Source: an uncultured bacterium
Lineage (GTDB): Bacteria > Chlamydiota > Chlamydiia > Chlamydiales > SLFE01
Assembly: GCA_964584775.1 (NCBI GenBank)
Contig: CAZPBC010000005.1
Coordinates: forward strand, 2,845 to 66,844
Reading direction: 5' to 3'
Length of the DNA stretch: 64,000 nucleotides
Notes under the pieces: generated by a model
Database searches by the model: none
What the model was told of the DNA's origin: nothing
Seen by the model: the letters and a program-made list of their open reading frames with translations, nothing else
Program-made: the position numbers and the translations under genes
Shown here: positions 42,611 through 53,335 of the stretch, piece by piece
Numbering within the stretch: position 1 is the stretch's first letter
Layout of the letters: each line of letters starts with the position of its first letter

Positions 42611-43929
42611 GAGGCATTTCCTCCAAACATTTTTTGCATTTGTTTCATGTTAGGCATGTTTTTAAAAAACTGTTTCGCCTGCTTGAATGATTTCACCAGG
42701 CGGTTGACATCGTCAATTTTTGTTCCGCTTCCACTCGCAATGCGGCGACGACGGCTTGGAACAAGCTCCACGCGCTCTTCACGCTCCTGCAATGTCATTG
42801 AAAGGATCATTGCTTCAATCTTGAAGAGCTGCTTATCATCCATCTCCATCTGCTTCATTTGGTTCATTCCAGGAAGCATTCCGAGAAGGGATTTCATCGA
42901 CCCCATCTTCTTGACCATCTGAATCTGCTTCAGGTAGTCGAGGTAGGTAAAAGTCGACTTTCTAATTTTTTGCTCAAGTGCTTTTGCCTCTTCTTCGTCC
43001 ATGTGCTCTTCAGCTTTACGGACAAGGTTGATCGTATCTCCCATTCCAAGGATACGGTCGGCCATTGAAGAGGGGTTAAAGAGCTGAATATCTTCTAAAT
43101 TTTCCCCTACACACTCAAATTTTAGAGGCTTTCCTGTCACCTCTTTCACAGAGATGGCGGCTCCTCCCCTCGTGTTTCCATCGAGCATGGTGAGGATCGT
43201 TCCAGTGACTTCAAGGCGTTTATCAAATTCAGAAGCCACGTTCACGGCGTCTTGGCCAATTGTCGCATTCACCACAAAGAGCACTTCTTGAGGATTGACA
43301 ATCGATTTAATTCCTTCGACCTCCTCCATCAACTGCTCATCGATGTGCAAGCGACCGGCAGTGTCTACAATCACTGCATCATAGTGGCCTTCAGTAGCAA
43401 ATTTTTTCGCACTCTTTGCTGTTTGAATCGGATCGGTCGTTCCAGAAACAAAAACATCCACCCCCACCCTTTCTCCAAGCGTTTGAAGCTGCTTGACAGC
43501 GGCAGGTCTTTGTAAATCGCAAGCAACTAAGAGAGGCTTTTTCTTCTTGTACTTCTTCTTCAAAAGGAGTGCGAGTTTTCCGGCAGTGGTTGTTTTTCCT
43601 GATCCTTGTAGACCCGCTAGAAGAACAAAAGGCAACTGCCCTGAAAGGTCCAAATCGACCTCGTCACCTCCCATCAACTCTTTTAGCTCTTCATGAACAC
43701 ATTTGATGAACTGCTGACCGGGTGTCACCGATTTGATCACCTCTTCACCAAGTGCCTTTTCCTTGATCCGTTTGACCAACATTTTGACAACGGTGTAGTT
43801 CACATCCGCTTCAAGTAGCGCCAAACGCACCTCACGAACAGCATCGGAGATGTTCTCTTCTGAAAGTTTTTTCTTGCCCGCAAGCTTTGAAAAAATTCCT
43901 TGGAATTGATCAGCAAGTGATTTAAGCAT
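42601..43929 (-). CDS. ffh: Signal recognition particle protein Ffh
   Basis: The N domain and the G domain (LLAGLQGSGKTTTAGKLA, DTAGRLHID) are followed by a Met-rich M domain (LLGMLPGMNQMKQMEM). Confidence 0.95.
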   Translation of the reverse strand: MLKSLADQFQGIFSKLAGKKKLSEENISDAVREVRLALLEADVNYTVVKMLVKRIKEKALGEEVIKSVTPGQQFIKCVHEELKELMGGDEVDLDLSGQLPFVLLAGLQGSGKTTTAGKLALLLKKKYKKKKPLLVACDLQRPAAVKQLQTLGERVGVDVFVSGTTDPIQTAKSAKKFATEGHYDAVIVDTAGRLHIDEQLMEEVEGIKSIVNPQEVLFVVNATIGQDAVNVASEFDKRLEVTGTILTMLDGNTRGGAAISVKEVTGKPLKFECVGENLEDIQLFNPSSMADRILGMGDTINLVRKAEEHMDEEEAKALEQKIRKSTFTYLDYLKQIQMVKKMGSMKSLLGMLPGMNQMKQMEMDDKQLFKIEAMILSMTLQEREERVELVPSRRRRIASGSGTKIDDVNRLVKSFKQAKQFFKNMPNMKQMQKMFGGNASWH

Positions 43930-43958
43930 AATAATGTGGAGCTAATATACAGAAATTT

Positions 43959-44795
43959 TCATTCATTTTCAAGGAGAAACAACCGCGGTTTGCCCGCTAA
44001 ATCGCTTAAAATTTCTCCTCGACCAGAAAAAAGCTCAAGCAACTGATTTCCAAGGGTTTCACCAATCTCAAGATAGAGTCGCCCCCCGGGGTTGAGGTGA
44101 GCCTGATACTCCCTCGCGATCCGCCGGTAGAGGTCCAAACCATCCGCACCCGCCACCAAAGCCCTTTTGGGCTCAAAATCACGGACTTTGGAATCCAGCT
44201 CTAAATACTCCTGGTCCGTCACATAAGGGGGATTGGAGACGATGATATCAAACTTTTTTCCTTTCAGGGGCTCAAAAAGGTCTCCCTGAACGAGCTCCAC
44301 CTCCAGCCCTTGACGGATCTGATTGGTCTTCGCGACTCCGAGAGCCTTTTCATCGAGGTCGCTGAGGGTGACAGAGAGGTTAGGACAGGCATTTTTGATC
44401 GAGAGGCCGATACAGCCCGACCCTGTGCAAAGATCGAGCACAGAGGTGACTTTTGTCCTTTCGCTGTTCACCTCTTCAACAACTTTTTCCACAATCCATT
44501 CTGTTTCAGGACGAGGGATCAAGACGTGACGGTTGACCTCAAACTCCATATGAAAGAAGGGAACCCTCCCCTCAATGTACTGCCAAGGCTCCCCTTGAAC
44601 CAACCTTTTGAGGTAGTTTCTGAGTTTTTGTAGCTCTTTAGGCTCCACAGGACGCTCAAAATCCAGGTAGAGAGTGAGGCGATCAATATTGAGGATATGC
44701 ATGAGCATCCGCTCTGCATGAAAGCGTGGCGAAGGGTGCTCTTTTTGTTCGAGATAGTTTTTCGATTGTTGCAGGATCTCTTTAGTCGTCTGCAT
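43959..44795 (-). CDS. prmC: Release-factor glutamine N5-methyltransferase PrmC (HemK)
   Basis: [12 protein letters not shown] is the SAM motif and IVSNPPYV the NPPY motif. It lies adjacent to and overlaps prfA. Confidence 0.9.
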   Translation of the reverse strand: MQTTKEILQQSKNYLEQKEHPSPRFHAERMLMHILNIDRLTLYLDFERPVEPKELQKLRNYLKRLVQGEPWQYIEGRVPFFHMEFEVNRHVLIPRPETEWIVEKVVEEVNSERTKVTSVLDLCTGSGCIGLSIKNACPNLSVTLSDLDEKALGVAKTNQIRQGLEVELVQGDLFEPLKGKKFDIIVSNPPYVTDQEYLELDSKVRDFEPKRALVAGADGLDLYRRIAREYQAHLNPGGRLYLEIGETLGNQLLELFSGRGEILSDLAGKPRLFLLENE

Positions 44796-45858
44796 CCGAG
44801 TTGAGCTTCTTTTGATGGTAGTGTTTAACCAAACTGTTGGAAACCTCGTCTAACTCCCCATCCATCGCTCGGTCCAGGTTATAGAGTGTCAGATCGATCC
44901 GGTGGTCAGTGACGCGGTTCTGGGGGAAATTGTAGGTCCGTATCCGCTCAGAGCGGTCTCCAGTCCCCACTTGAGACTGTCTCGCGGAAGCCATCTCTTT
45001 TTCCTTCCTCAAGCGCTCCTCCTCTGCCACTTTTGCAGCAAGGAGACGGAGGGCCTTTTCACGGTTTTTGATCTGGCTTCTCTCATCCTGGCAAGCGACC
45101 ACGATTCCTGTAGGGAGGTGGGTTAAACGCACAGCACTGTCAGTGGTGTTGACATGCTGTCCCCCTGCTCCTGAGGAGCGATAGGTGTCGACACGGAGGT
45201 CTTTTTCTTCGATTTTAATGACCTCATCTTCACCCGGTTCTGCAAGAGCCGCAACCGTGATGGCAGAGGTATGGACACGCCCTTGCGCCTCGGTTTCAGG
45301 AACCCGTTGAACGCGGTGCGTTCCCGCCTCATACTGCATCATCCGAAAGACATTCGGACCACTCAGGACCATGATCAGTTCTTTGAAGCCCCCTGCTTCA
45401 GATGGTGTTGAAGAGAGCACCTCTACACTCCAACCCATGCGGTCGGCAAACATACGGTACATCCGTGTCACATCACCGACAAAGAGGGCCGCTTCGTCCC
45501 CTCCTGTTCCTGCGCGGATTTCAATAATCGTGTTTTTATGGTCATTGGGGTCGGGTGGAACGAGAAGGGTTTCTAGTTCGCTGCTTTTTTTCTCGATCAG
45601 GGCATCGAGCTTCGTGAGCTCTTCTGTGAGGACCTCGCGAAACTCAGGATCCTCTTCGATCTCCAGCATCTCTCGATTTTCGACAGCCTCTTTGGTGTAC
45701 TTCTCCAACTCTTCGGCACACGCTTTCACACTGGTGAGGTAGGAGTGCTCTTGGGTCAACTCACGGTAGCGCTTTTTATCGCCCAGCACATCGGGATCCC
45801 CTAGTTGTGCTTCCACTTTTTCAAGCTTTTGTAAGAGTCTAGAAACTTTTTCTTTCAT
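44782..45858 (-). CDS. prfA: Peptide chain release factor 1
   Basis: [17 protein letters not shown] carries the RF1-type PxT tripeptide (no SPF). SGAGGQHVN is the GGQ motif. Confidence 0.95.
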   Translation of the reverse strand: MKEKVSRLLQKLEKVEAQLGDPDVLGDKKRYRELTQEHSYLTSVKACAEELEKYTKEAVENREMLEIEEDPEFREVLTEELTKLDALIEKKSSELETLLVPPDPNDHKNTIIEIRAGTGGDEAALFVGDVTRMYRMFADRMGWSVEVLSSTPSEAGGFKELIMVLSGPNVFRMMQYEAGTHRVQRVPETEAQGRVHTSAITVAALAEPGEDEVIKIEEKDLRVDTYRSSGAGGQHVNTTDSAVRLTHLPTGIVVACQDERSQIKNREKALRLLAAKVAEEERLRKEKEMASARQSQVGTGDRSERIRTYNFPQNRVTDHRIDLTLYNLDRAMDGELDEVSNSLVKHYHQKKLNSDADD

Positions 45859-45930
45859 CGATGCTAAAATGCCGCTCTATCATCCACGAAAGGTGGCTAT
45901 AGAGCGGCAAGAGGTCAAGAATTTATAAAT

Positions 45931-46188
45931 TTACTTTTTGCCAGACTGTTTTGAAGCATATCGCTTACGGAACTTATCGATACGACCTTCGGTGTCTACT
46001 AGGCCTTGCTCACCAGAGAAGAACGGATGAGAATAGGCAGAGATAGAGACAGGGAAAACAGGATACTCTACACCTTCGAAAGTCTCTGTCGCTTCGCACT
46101 CCATGGCGGCACCACAGACAAACTTCTTCCCGGTAGAGGAGTCCACAAAAAGAATTTTTTGATACTTTGGGTGTTTATCTTTTTTCAT
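45931..46188 (-). CDS. rpmE: 50S ribosomal protein L31 (type B, no CxxC zinc motif)
   Basis: [28 protein letters not shown]... and ...[24 protein letters not shown]. Confidence 0.9.
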   Translation of the reverse strand: MKKDKHPKYQKILFVDSSTGKKFVCGAAMECEATETFEGVEYPVFPVSISAYSHPFFSGEQGLVDTEGRIDKFRKRYASKQSGKK

Positions 46189-46241
46189 TTTTTCTCCAAT
46201 TCGTCAAATAGTTGTCAGATAATACCTGTTTCACCCCTTAC

Positions 46242-46730
46242 TTACAAGGATTTTTCAACTCGTTTCTTCTTAAAAAAACTTTGAATCATCCAGCGGGCTG
46301 GCTCCTCTAGGACTCCCCCACGCACCTTCAATTGATGAATTGGATGCGGCTCAGCAGCAAGATCCACCCAACTCCCACAAGCCCCATGCCTCAGGTCAGG
46401 AGCCCCATAGACAAGCTCTTCAACTCTGGAGAGGACCATGGCACCAAAACACATTGAACAGGGCTCAAGGGTGCAGTAGAGCTTTGCTCCCTCTAGGCGC
46501 CAATTCTCTACCGAGTTGGCAGCGGCCGTAATCGCCAGCATCTCCGCATGGGCCGTCGCATCTCTCAACATTTCCACCTGATTGTGCCCTCTAGCAATGA
46601 CACGCCCCTCTTTCACAACGACAGCCCCGATGGGAACTTCATCCTTTTTGAATGCTTTCTGCGCCTCTTTCAGCGCCTCAAGCATCCATTTCTCATCGTC
46701 GTTTTGAGGTTGAATCTGATGGAGTTCCAT
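46242..46730 (-). CDS. tadA: tRNA-specific adenosine deaminase TadA
   Basis: HAEMLAI...LEPCSMCFGA is the CDA zinc motif. The track ORF opens at 46919, but its first 63 codons look non-coding. ATG 46730 (MELHQIQ...WMLEALKEAQKA) fits the family length. Confidence 0.88.
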   Translation of the reverse strand: MELHQIQPQNDDEKWMLEALKEAQKAFKKDEVPIGAVVVKEGRVIARGHNQVEMLRDATAHAEMLAITAAANSVENWRLEGAKLYCTLEPCSMCFGAMVLSRVEELVYGAPDLRHGACGSWVDLAAEPHPIHQLKVRGGVLEEPARWMIQSFFKKKRVEKSL

Positions 46731-46837
46731 TAGGCCCGTTGCCTCCACATAGCTTGAATAAGCCGATGGTCCACAATCCTTTTCCTTTTTAGCCAGGTCG
46801 TATATAAGGAGGTAGTGTAAGACAACAGTGAATTTTA

Positions 46838-47089
46838 ATGGGCAAAAGACACGAATACTTCTATGGAAAACCCGTTCTCGAAGAGAGAGAACAGGAGTAT
46901 ATAGAGAAAATTCTATCAAAATACCGATCAGAAACAGCCTCCCCCGAACTCAAAAAAAAAATTTGGGATGAACTCCAGCATGAAAAGCATCTTGGAAACA
47001 TCACCATCCCCTTCAAGGTCGTTTACCGCCACGACGCCTACGGAAAGTACCCCGACGCGATCGAAGTCATTCTAGATACGAAACTCTAA
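46838..47089 (+). CDS. Hypothetical small protein, 83 aa
   Basis: ORF divergent from tadA with a protein-like, charged composition. No SD at functional spacing and no recognisable motif. Confidence 0.35.
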   Translation: MGKRHEYFYGKPVLEEREQEYIEKILSKYRSETASPELKKKIWDELQHEKHLGNITIPFKVVYRHDAYGKYPDAIEVILDTKL

Positions 47090-47209
47090 GTAGGAAGCTC
47101 TAGATTTAAATGTGGATTTCATGCTATCATAGGGCCACTAAATCAATATCCACTGACTGCCGTCGTTTTAAAATTCGTTTTATACGACTCTAACCTCAAA
47201 AGGAATGCA

Positions 47210-47479
47210 ATGTCATTAGATAAAGGCACCAAAGAAGAAATCACTAAGAAATTCCAACTCCACGAAAAAGATACCGGTTCTGCAGACGTTCAAATTGCGA
47301 TTTTAACTGAGAGAATCACTGAGCTGACCGAACACCTGAAGCAGTCTCCAAAAGACCACGCTTCCAGACTCTCCCTACTCAAGCTCGTAGGCCAAAGACG
47401 ACGCCTTCTAGACTATCTCAACTCTACAGACACCAAGCGTTACCAAGCCCTCATCAAGAAGCTCAAGCTCCGTCGATAA
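47210..47479 (+). CDS. rpsO: 30S ribosomal protein S15
   Basis: 89 aa. [48 protein letters not shown]. Confidence 0.95.
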   Translation: MSLDKGTKEEITKKFQLHEKDTGSADVQIAILTERITELTEHLKQSPKDHASRLSLLKLVGQRRRLLDYLNSTDTKRYQALIKKLKLRR

Positions 47480-47512
47480 GCGCTCCTCAACGCACTGTAA
47501 AAAATATTTTAA

Positions 47513-47537
47513 AGCTGGCATTTGCCAGCTTTTTTTG
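47513..47537 (+). terminator. Rho-independent terminator after rpsO
   Basis: AGCTGGC-ATTT-GCCAGCT is a 7-bp stem, followed by TTTTTT (47531-47536). Confidence 0.75.
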
Positions 47538-47657
47538 TCACTAGCGTGGGTATTTCATGAAAAATCCAGGCTAAAAATAAAATACCGTAAAAAATACGGT
47601 ATATATGACAATCCACAAATGTTAAAATTTCTACTTTATACGATGTAGGAGAACTGT

Positions 47658-48032
47658 TTGGTTCGTTTTAATCACCTCAATCTTTTGATGTCTAACACCT
47701 TAGCAACTTGCAAAGGATGCGATTTTCCAATCCGCGGCGCTCTCATGATCGCAGGTTGTGTGATGATCGGTTTTGGGGTGAAGCTTCTTGCCAAAGCGCT
47801 CACTCAAGACAAAATGAGTCACAAAGGAGCACTGCAGCGCCATCTCATTGAATTTACTGCTGCCTTGATCCTCTCTGGAGCGACCTCACTATTGGTTGTC
47901 TTCATCACCGGTTTCGAGGTCAACATGAGCACCGTTTTCACTGCGTTCATCTGGATGCTGATCCCCTCCGTCTTAGATTTCTACCTCTCTTGGATAATGC
48001 CCCCATCCGAAAATCGCTCTTCGGATTTGTGA
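47658..48032 (+). CDS. Small integral membrane protein (~3 TM), TTG start, located between rpsO and pnp
   Basis: AGGAG sits 6 nt upstream of TTG 47658; an alternative ATG is at 47688. Hydrophobic helices: GALMIAGCVMIGFGVKLLA; LIEFTAALILSGATSLLVVFITGF; VFTAFIWMLIPSVLDFYLSWI. Confidence 0.55.
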   Translation: MVRFNHLNLLMSNTLATCKGCDFPIRGALMIAGCVMIGFGVKLLAKALTQDKMSHKGALQRHLIEFTAALILSGATSLLVVFITGFEVNMSTVFTAFIWMLIPSVLDFYLSWIMPPSENRSSDL

Positions 48033-48116
48033 ACCCTCTCCTCCCCTTGCAAAATAGTCATGATATAGGAGAAAATAGATCTACTTGGGAGTTGAGATGG
48101 AATTGAAATCAGACAA

Positions 48117-48143
48117 TTCTTTTTGAAACTCATTCGAAAAGAA
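48117..48143 (+). promoter_or_regulatory. AU-rich hairpin in the pnp leader
   Basis: TTCTTTTTGAA-ACTCA-TTCGAAAAGAA: an 11-bp stem with one G:U pair, about 90 nt upstream of the pnp ATG. Confidence 0.3.
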
Positions 48144-48232
48144 CTCTCTGAATTCACTTCAAGTCTCTCATCTCCTAAGAATTACGGGATTTTCCGTACC
48201 CAATTCAAATTTCAAATTAAGGAGATGCATTC

Positions 48233-50329
48233 ATGCATAGAGAAATCTTAAATTTTAAACTAGGTGACAAAGAAATTAGCTTTGAAACCGGTAAAATTGC
48301 TAGACAGGCAAATGGATCTGTTTTGGTTAAAATGGGAGACTCCTATGTCTTCTCGGCTGCCTGTGCTGCAGAAAAGCCTCAAGAAGGCATTGACTTCTTC
48401 CCCCTAAGGATCGACTACCAAGAGAAGTTCTCTTCTGCTGGTAAGACCCTTGGAGGATACTTAAAGCGAGAAGGCCGTCCTTCTGAGAAAGAAATCCTCA
48501 CCTGCCGCCTCATTGACCGCCCTCTTCGCCCCATGTTTGAAGATGGCTATTACAATGAAGTTCAAATTCTCAACTATGTTTGGTCCTATGATGGAGTCCA
48601 CTCTACAGAACCTCTCGCGATCTGCGCTGCTTCAGCAGCTCTTGTCATTTCTGACATTCCTCTGAAGAAGCCTATCGGAGCTGTTCGTGTCGGCCGACTT
48701 GATGGAAAGTTTGTCATCAACCCCACTGTTCAAGAGCAAGAAACATCTGACCTCGACCTCGTGATCGCTGGTACAGAGGATGCGGTCTTGATGATTGAAG
48801 GTTACTGCGACTTCCTCACAGAAGATGAGGTCATCCAGTCTATTGAAGCTGGACATGAAGCGATCAAGGTGATCTGCCAACATCTTAGCCACTGGCAGAA
48901 GACGATTGGTAAAGAAAAGAACCTATCCACCCTTCTCCCCCCTCCGTCAGATGAGGTCTTCACTGCTGTCAAAGAGGCCATCGGTGACCAGCTCACCTGC
49001 CTCCGGATCAAGGACAAGGAAGAGAGAGAAGAGGCGACTTCTAAAATGAAAGAAACGCTTCTGGAAAAGCTTTGCCCAGAAGAGGGTGCTCAGTTTGATG
49101 AGTCGGAAGTCAAGTTTGCGTTCAAGAAGGTCCAGTCTGACTACATGCGCGATATGATCCTGAATGAAGGAGTGCGAACGGATGGACGAAAGACCACCGA
49201 TATCCGCCCCATTGACATTGAGCTTTCTCTTCTTCCCCGCGTTCACGGTTCTGCTCTCTTCACGCGAGGAGAGACCCAGTCTGTGGCCGTCTGTACGCTC
49301 GGAGGAGAGACCATGGGACAGCGTTTCGAAAGCCTCGATGGTGAAGGCGCTAAACGCTTCTACCTACAGTACTCTTTCCCTCCCTTCTCCGTAGGAGAAG
49401 TCGGACGTGCAGGTCCTCCAGGACGCCGAGAAATCGGACATGGAAAGCTCGCGGAGCGCGCATTGATGCACGTCATCCCTACAAAAGAGGACTTCCCCTA
49501 CATCATCCGCGTAGAGTCTAACATCACAGAGTCCAATGGATCTTCTTCCATGGCTTCGGTTTGTGGTGGATGTCTTGCCCTGATGAATGCAGGAGTCCCT
49601 GTGAGGAAGCCCGTTTCTGGGATCGCGATGGGATTGATTTTAGAAAAAGACAAGCACACCATCCTTTCTGACATCCTTGGTTTGGAAGATGCGCTTGGTG
49701 ACATGGACTTTAAAATCACCGGTGACCAAGAGGGCATCACTGCTTTCCAAATGGACATCAAGGTAGAGGGAATCACGATTGAGATCATGAAATCTGCTCT
49801 TGCTCAAGCGAAAGAGGGACGTGTGCACATCTTGAACAAAATGCTCGAAGCTTCCCCCACACACGCTGAAGACGTTTCAATCTACGCTCCAAGGATTGTA
49901 TCAATCCAAGTTAAACAGAGCCAGATTGGAACCATTATCGGCCCTGGTGGAAAGCAAATCCGTGCCATCACTGAAGAAACCGGTGTACAGATCGATATCA
50001 ACGACGATGGAATCGTCAGCATTGCTTCAAATGATAAAGAGGCACTTGAAAAGGCCGTCTCGATTGTTGAAGGTCTCGTCGCTGAAGTGGAAGAAGGAAA
50101 GACCTACGACGGGACGATCAAGAAGATCATGCCTTTTGGCCTCTTCGTTGAAGTCCTACCAGGTAAAGAAGGCCTCTGCCACATCTCAGAATATGATCTT
50201 AAGCGCATCGAAGACTTAAACGATGTCGTGAAAGAGGGTGACAAGATCACCGTCAAAGTTCTAGAGATTGGAAAGGATGGCAAAGTCCGCCTGAGCCGTA
50301 AAGCTCTACTGAAAAAGGCAAGTGCTTAA
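48233..50329 (+). CDS. pnp: Polyribonucleotide nucleotidyltransferase (PNPase)
   Basis: 698 aa. Two RNase PH-like domains, a KH domain (IGTIIGPGGKQIRAITEETG) and a C-terminal S1 domain (GTIKKIMPFGLFVEVLPGKEGLCHISE). Confidence 0.95.
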   Translation: MHREILNFKLGDKEISFETGKIARQANGSVLVKMGDSYVFSAACAAEKPQEGIDFFPLRIDYQEKFSSAGKTLGGYLKREGRPSEKEILTCRLIDRPLRPMFEDGYYNEVQILNYVWSYDGVHSTEPLAICAASAALVISDIPLKKPIGAVRVGRLDGKFVINPTVQEQETSDLDLVIAGTEDAVLMIEGYCDFLTEDEVIQSIEAGHEAIKVICQHLSHWQKTIGKEKNLSTLLPPPSDEVFTAVKEAIGDQLTCLRIKDKEEREEATSKMKETLLEKLCPEEGAQFDESEVKFAFKKVQSDYMRDMILNEGVRTDGRKTTDIRPIDIELSLLPRVHGSALFTRGETQSVAVCTLGGETMGQRFESLDGEGAKRFYLQYSFPPFSVGEVGRAGPPGRREIGHGKLAERALMHVIPTKEDFPYIIRVESNITESNGSSSMASVCGGCLALMNAGVPVRKPVSGIAMGLILEKDKHTILSDILGLEDALGDMDFKITGDQEGITAFQMDIKVEGITIEIMKSALAQAKEGRVHILNKMLEASPTHAEDVSIYAPRIVSIQVKQSQIGTIIGPGGKQIRAITEETGVQIDINDDGIVSIASNDKEALEKAVSIVEGLVAEVEEGKTYDGTIKKIMPFGLFVEVLPGKEGLCHISEYDLKRIEDLNDVVKEGDKITVKVLEIGKDGKVRLSRKALLKKASA

Positions 50330-50351
50330 ACCACTTGCCCGGTTCGTGAGC

Positions 50352-50386
50352 AAAAAAAGACCGCTATTTCAGCGGTCTTTTTTTTT
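50352..50386. terminator. Bidirectional rho-independent terminator shared by convergent pnp and ftsH
   Basis: AAAAAAAGACCGCT-ATTTC-AGCGGTCTTTTTTTTT: 8-bp GC-containing stem flanked by an A-run and a T-run. A second 8-bp hairpin (GGCAAGTG...CACTTGCC, 50317-50339) carries the pnp stop codon in its loop. Confidence 0.8.
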
Positions 50387-50408
50387 GGGATAATTTTTGG
50401 AATCCAGG

Positions 50409-53165
50409 TTATGCAGTGGCATTTCCCTCTTGACCAGTCAGAGGACGCTCCACTCGGTTGTCATCCGAGGACTCCTCTTCAGGTGGGGGTGGTGGAGGAC
50501 GTTTATGAAGCTCTTCTTGCTTCTTCAGACGAAGCTTCTTCTCTGCGTCATCCCAACGGCCTTCCATAATGATTTGGAGATCTTCTGAATCGAGAGTTTC
50601 ATACTCCATGAGGAGGTTCGCCATCAACTCTAGCTTCTCACGGTTTTCCTTAATGATACGGATCGCGGTGGTGTTCGCCTCATCGAGAATATCTCTCACC
50701 TCTTTGTCGATCTCTTTAGCTGTCTCTTCAGAGTATTTCTTCTCGTGGTACCCTTGGATACCGAGGTATGAGCCAGACTCGCTGCGCTCATCATAAGCCA
50801 CCGTTCCCAATTTCTCACTCATTCCCCATTCGCAAACCATGCTTCTCGCGATATGAGTCGCTTGCTCAATGTCTTGCTTTGCTCCCGAAGAGATATCGCC
50901 GACAAAGACATCCTCAGCGCAGCGTCCACCCATGAGCACCGCAAGCTGATCAATGAGCTCTTTTTTCCAGTAACTCACGCGGTTTTTCTTTGGTAGGAAC
51001 ATGGTTGCACCGAGAGACATCCCTCGAGGAATGATGGTCACCTTATCGATAGGATCGCCGTGCTCGACCACCAAGCCGACAACGGTATGTCCTGCTTCGT
51101 GGTATGCTGTCGTCTTCTTCTCGTTCTCATCGAGCTCCATGGAGCGTCTTTCTTTTCCATAGAGCACTTTGTCGCGGGCTTCCATACACTCCTGCATCGT
51201 CACAGCAGTACGCCCTTTACGAGCAGCGATGAGTGCTGCTTCGTTCAACATGTTCCCCAGGTCTGCACCAGAAGAACCAGGAGTTCCACGTGCAATCGCC
51301 ATTAGATCGACGGAGCTGTCCATTTTGATTTTCTTAGCGTGGACTTTGAGAATCTCAAAACGCCCTTTGATATCGGGGAGAGGAATCGCAACGTTGCGGT
51401 CGAAACGGCCAGGGCGGAGTAGCGCTTTATCAAGGACATCCGGTCTGTTGGTGGCAGCCATGATGATGACCCCCTCATTGGGATCGAAACCATCCATCTC
51501 GACAAGGAGTTGGTTGAGTGTCTGTTCACGCTCATCGTGTCCCCCACCGATGCCTGCGCCTCTATGGCGTCCGACAGCATCGATCTCGTCAATAAAGATG
51601 ATGCAAGGAGCATTTTTCTTCGCTTGGTCAAAGAGGTCTCGAATACGGCTTGCACCGACACCGACGAACATTTCGACAAAGTCTGAGCCGGAAATCGAGA
51701 AGAAGGGTCGTTCAGCTTCACCTGCCACCGCACGGGCGGTGAGGGTCTTACCGGTACCAGGGGAACCCACCAAGAGCACCCCTTTAGGAATCCGCCCTCC
51801 TAAAGCCGTGAACTTCTTCGGGTTTTTCAAAAAGTCGACAATTTCTTCCAGTTCTTCTAGAGATTCATCGATCCCCGCTACATCCTTAAAGGTGACGCGG
51901 TTCTCCCCTTTTGGTTGAACCATCTTCGCAGGTGACTTGCCGAAGCTCATCGCACCAGATCCAACACCCTTCACCTGTCTTGCAAAAAGCATGTAAAGGA
52001 CAAGAAGAACAGAAAAGGCAATGAGTGCCGGGAAAAGGTAGCTGAGGTATTTCGGTGGTGGCTCTTCACTTCGAAATTTCTTTTCCAGAACTGCATTGAG
52101 AGGCTGGTCGGGAGCTTTGAAGTAGCCACCTCGGTTCTTCTCAAACGCGGCCCACTCATCTTTTGCCACTAAAAACCACTGGCGGTACGCTTCAGCATCT
52201 TGGCGTGAAAGCGCCCTTGTAGAAAGCTCTTTATTGTTGAAAAACCAGATCACGCCGGTGACGCTGTTCTGAGCTTTTTTCAACAGCACTTGGTTCGTGT
52301 CCAACTTTGTCATCAACTGATCATACTTTGAGAGCTCGTCTTTGTAGTTTCTGACGGAACGGAGTTGGTTCAACCTCGCGCCTTGATCCAGACTTCCGAT
52401 CTGCACTGAGATGTCTGTCAACGCAGCGAGAGCTTTCGAATAGATCGCAGTCTGCTGGTCTACTGTCTTACCAGGTTGAAAAGCAGATTGAACTTCTTTT
52501 CGGATATCTCTGAGTTGATTTTTGATTTTTTGATTTCCGATCCCTAGAGTCGGTGAGCGGAAGGCATCCACCAGTTCAGCTAGCTCTTTTCCAGTCGCAG
52601 TCGAAGCCGTCTCAGAAGGAGAAGCCTTCAGTTTGGCTAGGCTTGCCTTCACTTGGTCAATGCTCGGTGTTTTTCGGTCGGAGAGGGTCCTGACGACGAT
52701 AGCGCCCTCGCCATCACGTAGAGAAGGCAGCTCCTCTACAACAGTGAATCCTGTAGGAGGAATGGCGCTGTTAGAGAGATGAAGGTAGAGGTCTGTCGCA
52801 TCATCAATCTTGCCTCGCAGCTGAGTCAGCTCGCCCTCAAGTCGCTCTTTCTCAGCCTTATACTCATGATTTTGATTCAAAAGCTCGAGATATTTAAAGC
52901 GTTTCTTCCCTGCGTCAGTCTTCTTTTCCCTAAATTTTCCTGAAAAGGTGACTAAATTGTCATTGATAGCAGTCTTTCGACTATCCTCGGGCTGGATCAA
53001 ATCCAGATTGACTAAAGACTCCAACTGATAACTGAAGGAGATCTTCGCCGTCTTGACATCGAGGAAGTTTTGCATCAACAAGACCACGAAAAAAGCAACG
53101 ATCACAAAAAGAATGAAGTTGCCTGGCATTGTTTTTTTGGGATCTGGGCTATTTGAATCGCTCAT
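50409..53165 (-). CDS. ftsH: ATP-dependent zinc metalloprotease FtsH (chlamydia-type, with a long extracytoplasmic N-terminal domain)
   Basis: 918 aa. TM1 near the N-terminus, about 330 aa of non-AAA sequence, TM2, then [17 protein letters not shown] (Walker A), DEIDAVGR, and the HEAGH zinc site. Confidence 0.95.
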   Translation of the reverse strand: MSDSNSPDPKKTMPGNFILFVIVAFFVVLLMQNFLDVKTAKISFSYQLESLVNLDLIQPEDSRKTAINDNLVTFSGKFREKKTDAGKKRFKYLELLNQNHEYKAEKERLEGELTQLRGKIDDATDLYLHLSNSAIPPTGFTVVEELPSLRDGEGAIVVRTLSDRKTPSIDQVKASLAKLKASPSETASTATGKELAELVDAFRSPTLGIGNQKIKNQLRDIRKEVQSAFQPGKTVDQQTAIYSKALAALTDISVQIGSLDQGARLNQLRSVRNYKDELSKYDQLMTKLDTNQVLLKKAQNSVTGVIWFFNNKELSTRALSRQDAEAYRQWFLVAKDEWAAFEKNRGGYFKAPDQPLNAVLEKKFRSEEPPPKYLSYLFPALIAFSVLLVLYMLFARQVKGVGSGAMSFGKSPAKMVQPKGENRVTFKDVAGIDESLEELEEIVDFLKNPKKFTALGGRIPKGVLLVGSPGTGKTLTARAVAGEAERPFFSISGSDFVEMFVGVGASRIRDLFDQAKKNAPCIIFIDEIDAVGRHRGAGIGGGHDEREQTLNQLLVEMDGFDPNEGVIIMAATNRPDVLDKALLRPGRFDRNVAIPLPDIKGRFEILKVHAKKIKMDSSVDLMAIARGTPGSSGADLGNMLNEAALIAARKGRTAVTMQECMEARDKVLYGKERRSMELDENEKKTTAYHEAGHTVVGLVVEHGDPIDKVTIIPRGMSLGATMFLPKKNRVSYWKKELIDQLAVLMGGRCAEDVFVGDISSGAKQDIEQATHIARSMVCEWGMSEKLGTVAYDERSESGSYLGIQGYHEKKYSEETAKEIDKEVRDILDEANTTAIRIIKENREKLELMANLLMEYETLDSEDLQIIMEGRWDDAEKKLRLKKQEELHKRPPPPPPEEESSDDNRVERPLTGQEGNATA

Positions 53166-53335
53166 AATACACTACTATCATTGGCTTTGAAAAGAGTTAC
53201 AAAAAAGTGTAAAATTATCATAAACGTCTATTGATTTCCAACATAAGTTACTGAAAAATAACGGACTCTCAACCGCCCATTTTGTCAGTAAAATTGTATA
53301 GAGACACTTTTCTTGGTTGTAGTTCATTGACAAAA

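Noticed and set aside
46731-46919. Upstream extension of the tadA ORF (63 extra codons).
   Set aside because: The extension has non-protein-like sequence, would overlap the divergent 83-aa ORF, and exceeds the usual TadA length. ATG 46730 precedes the conserved WMLEAL...HAE core.
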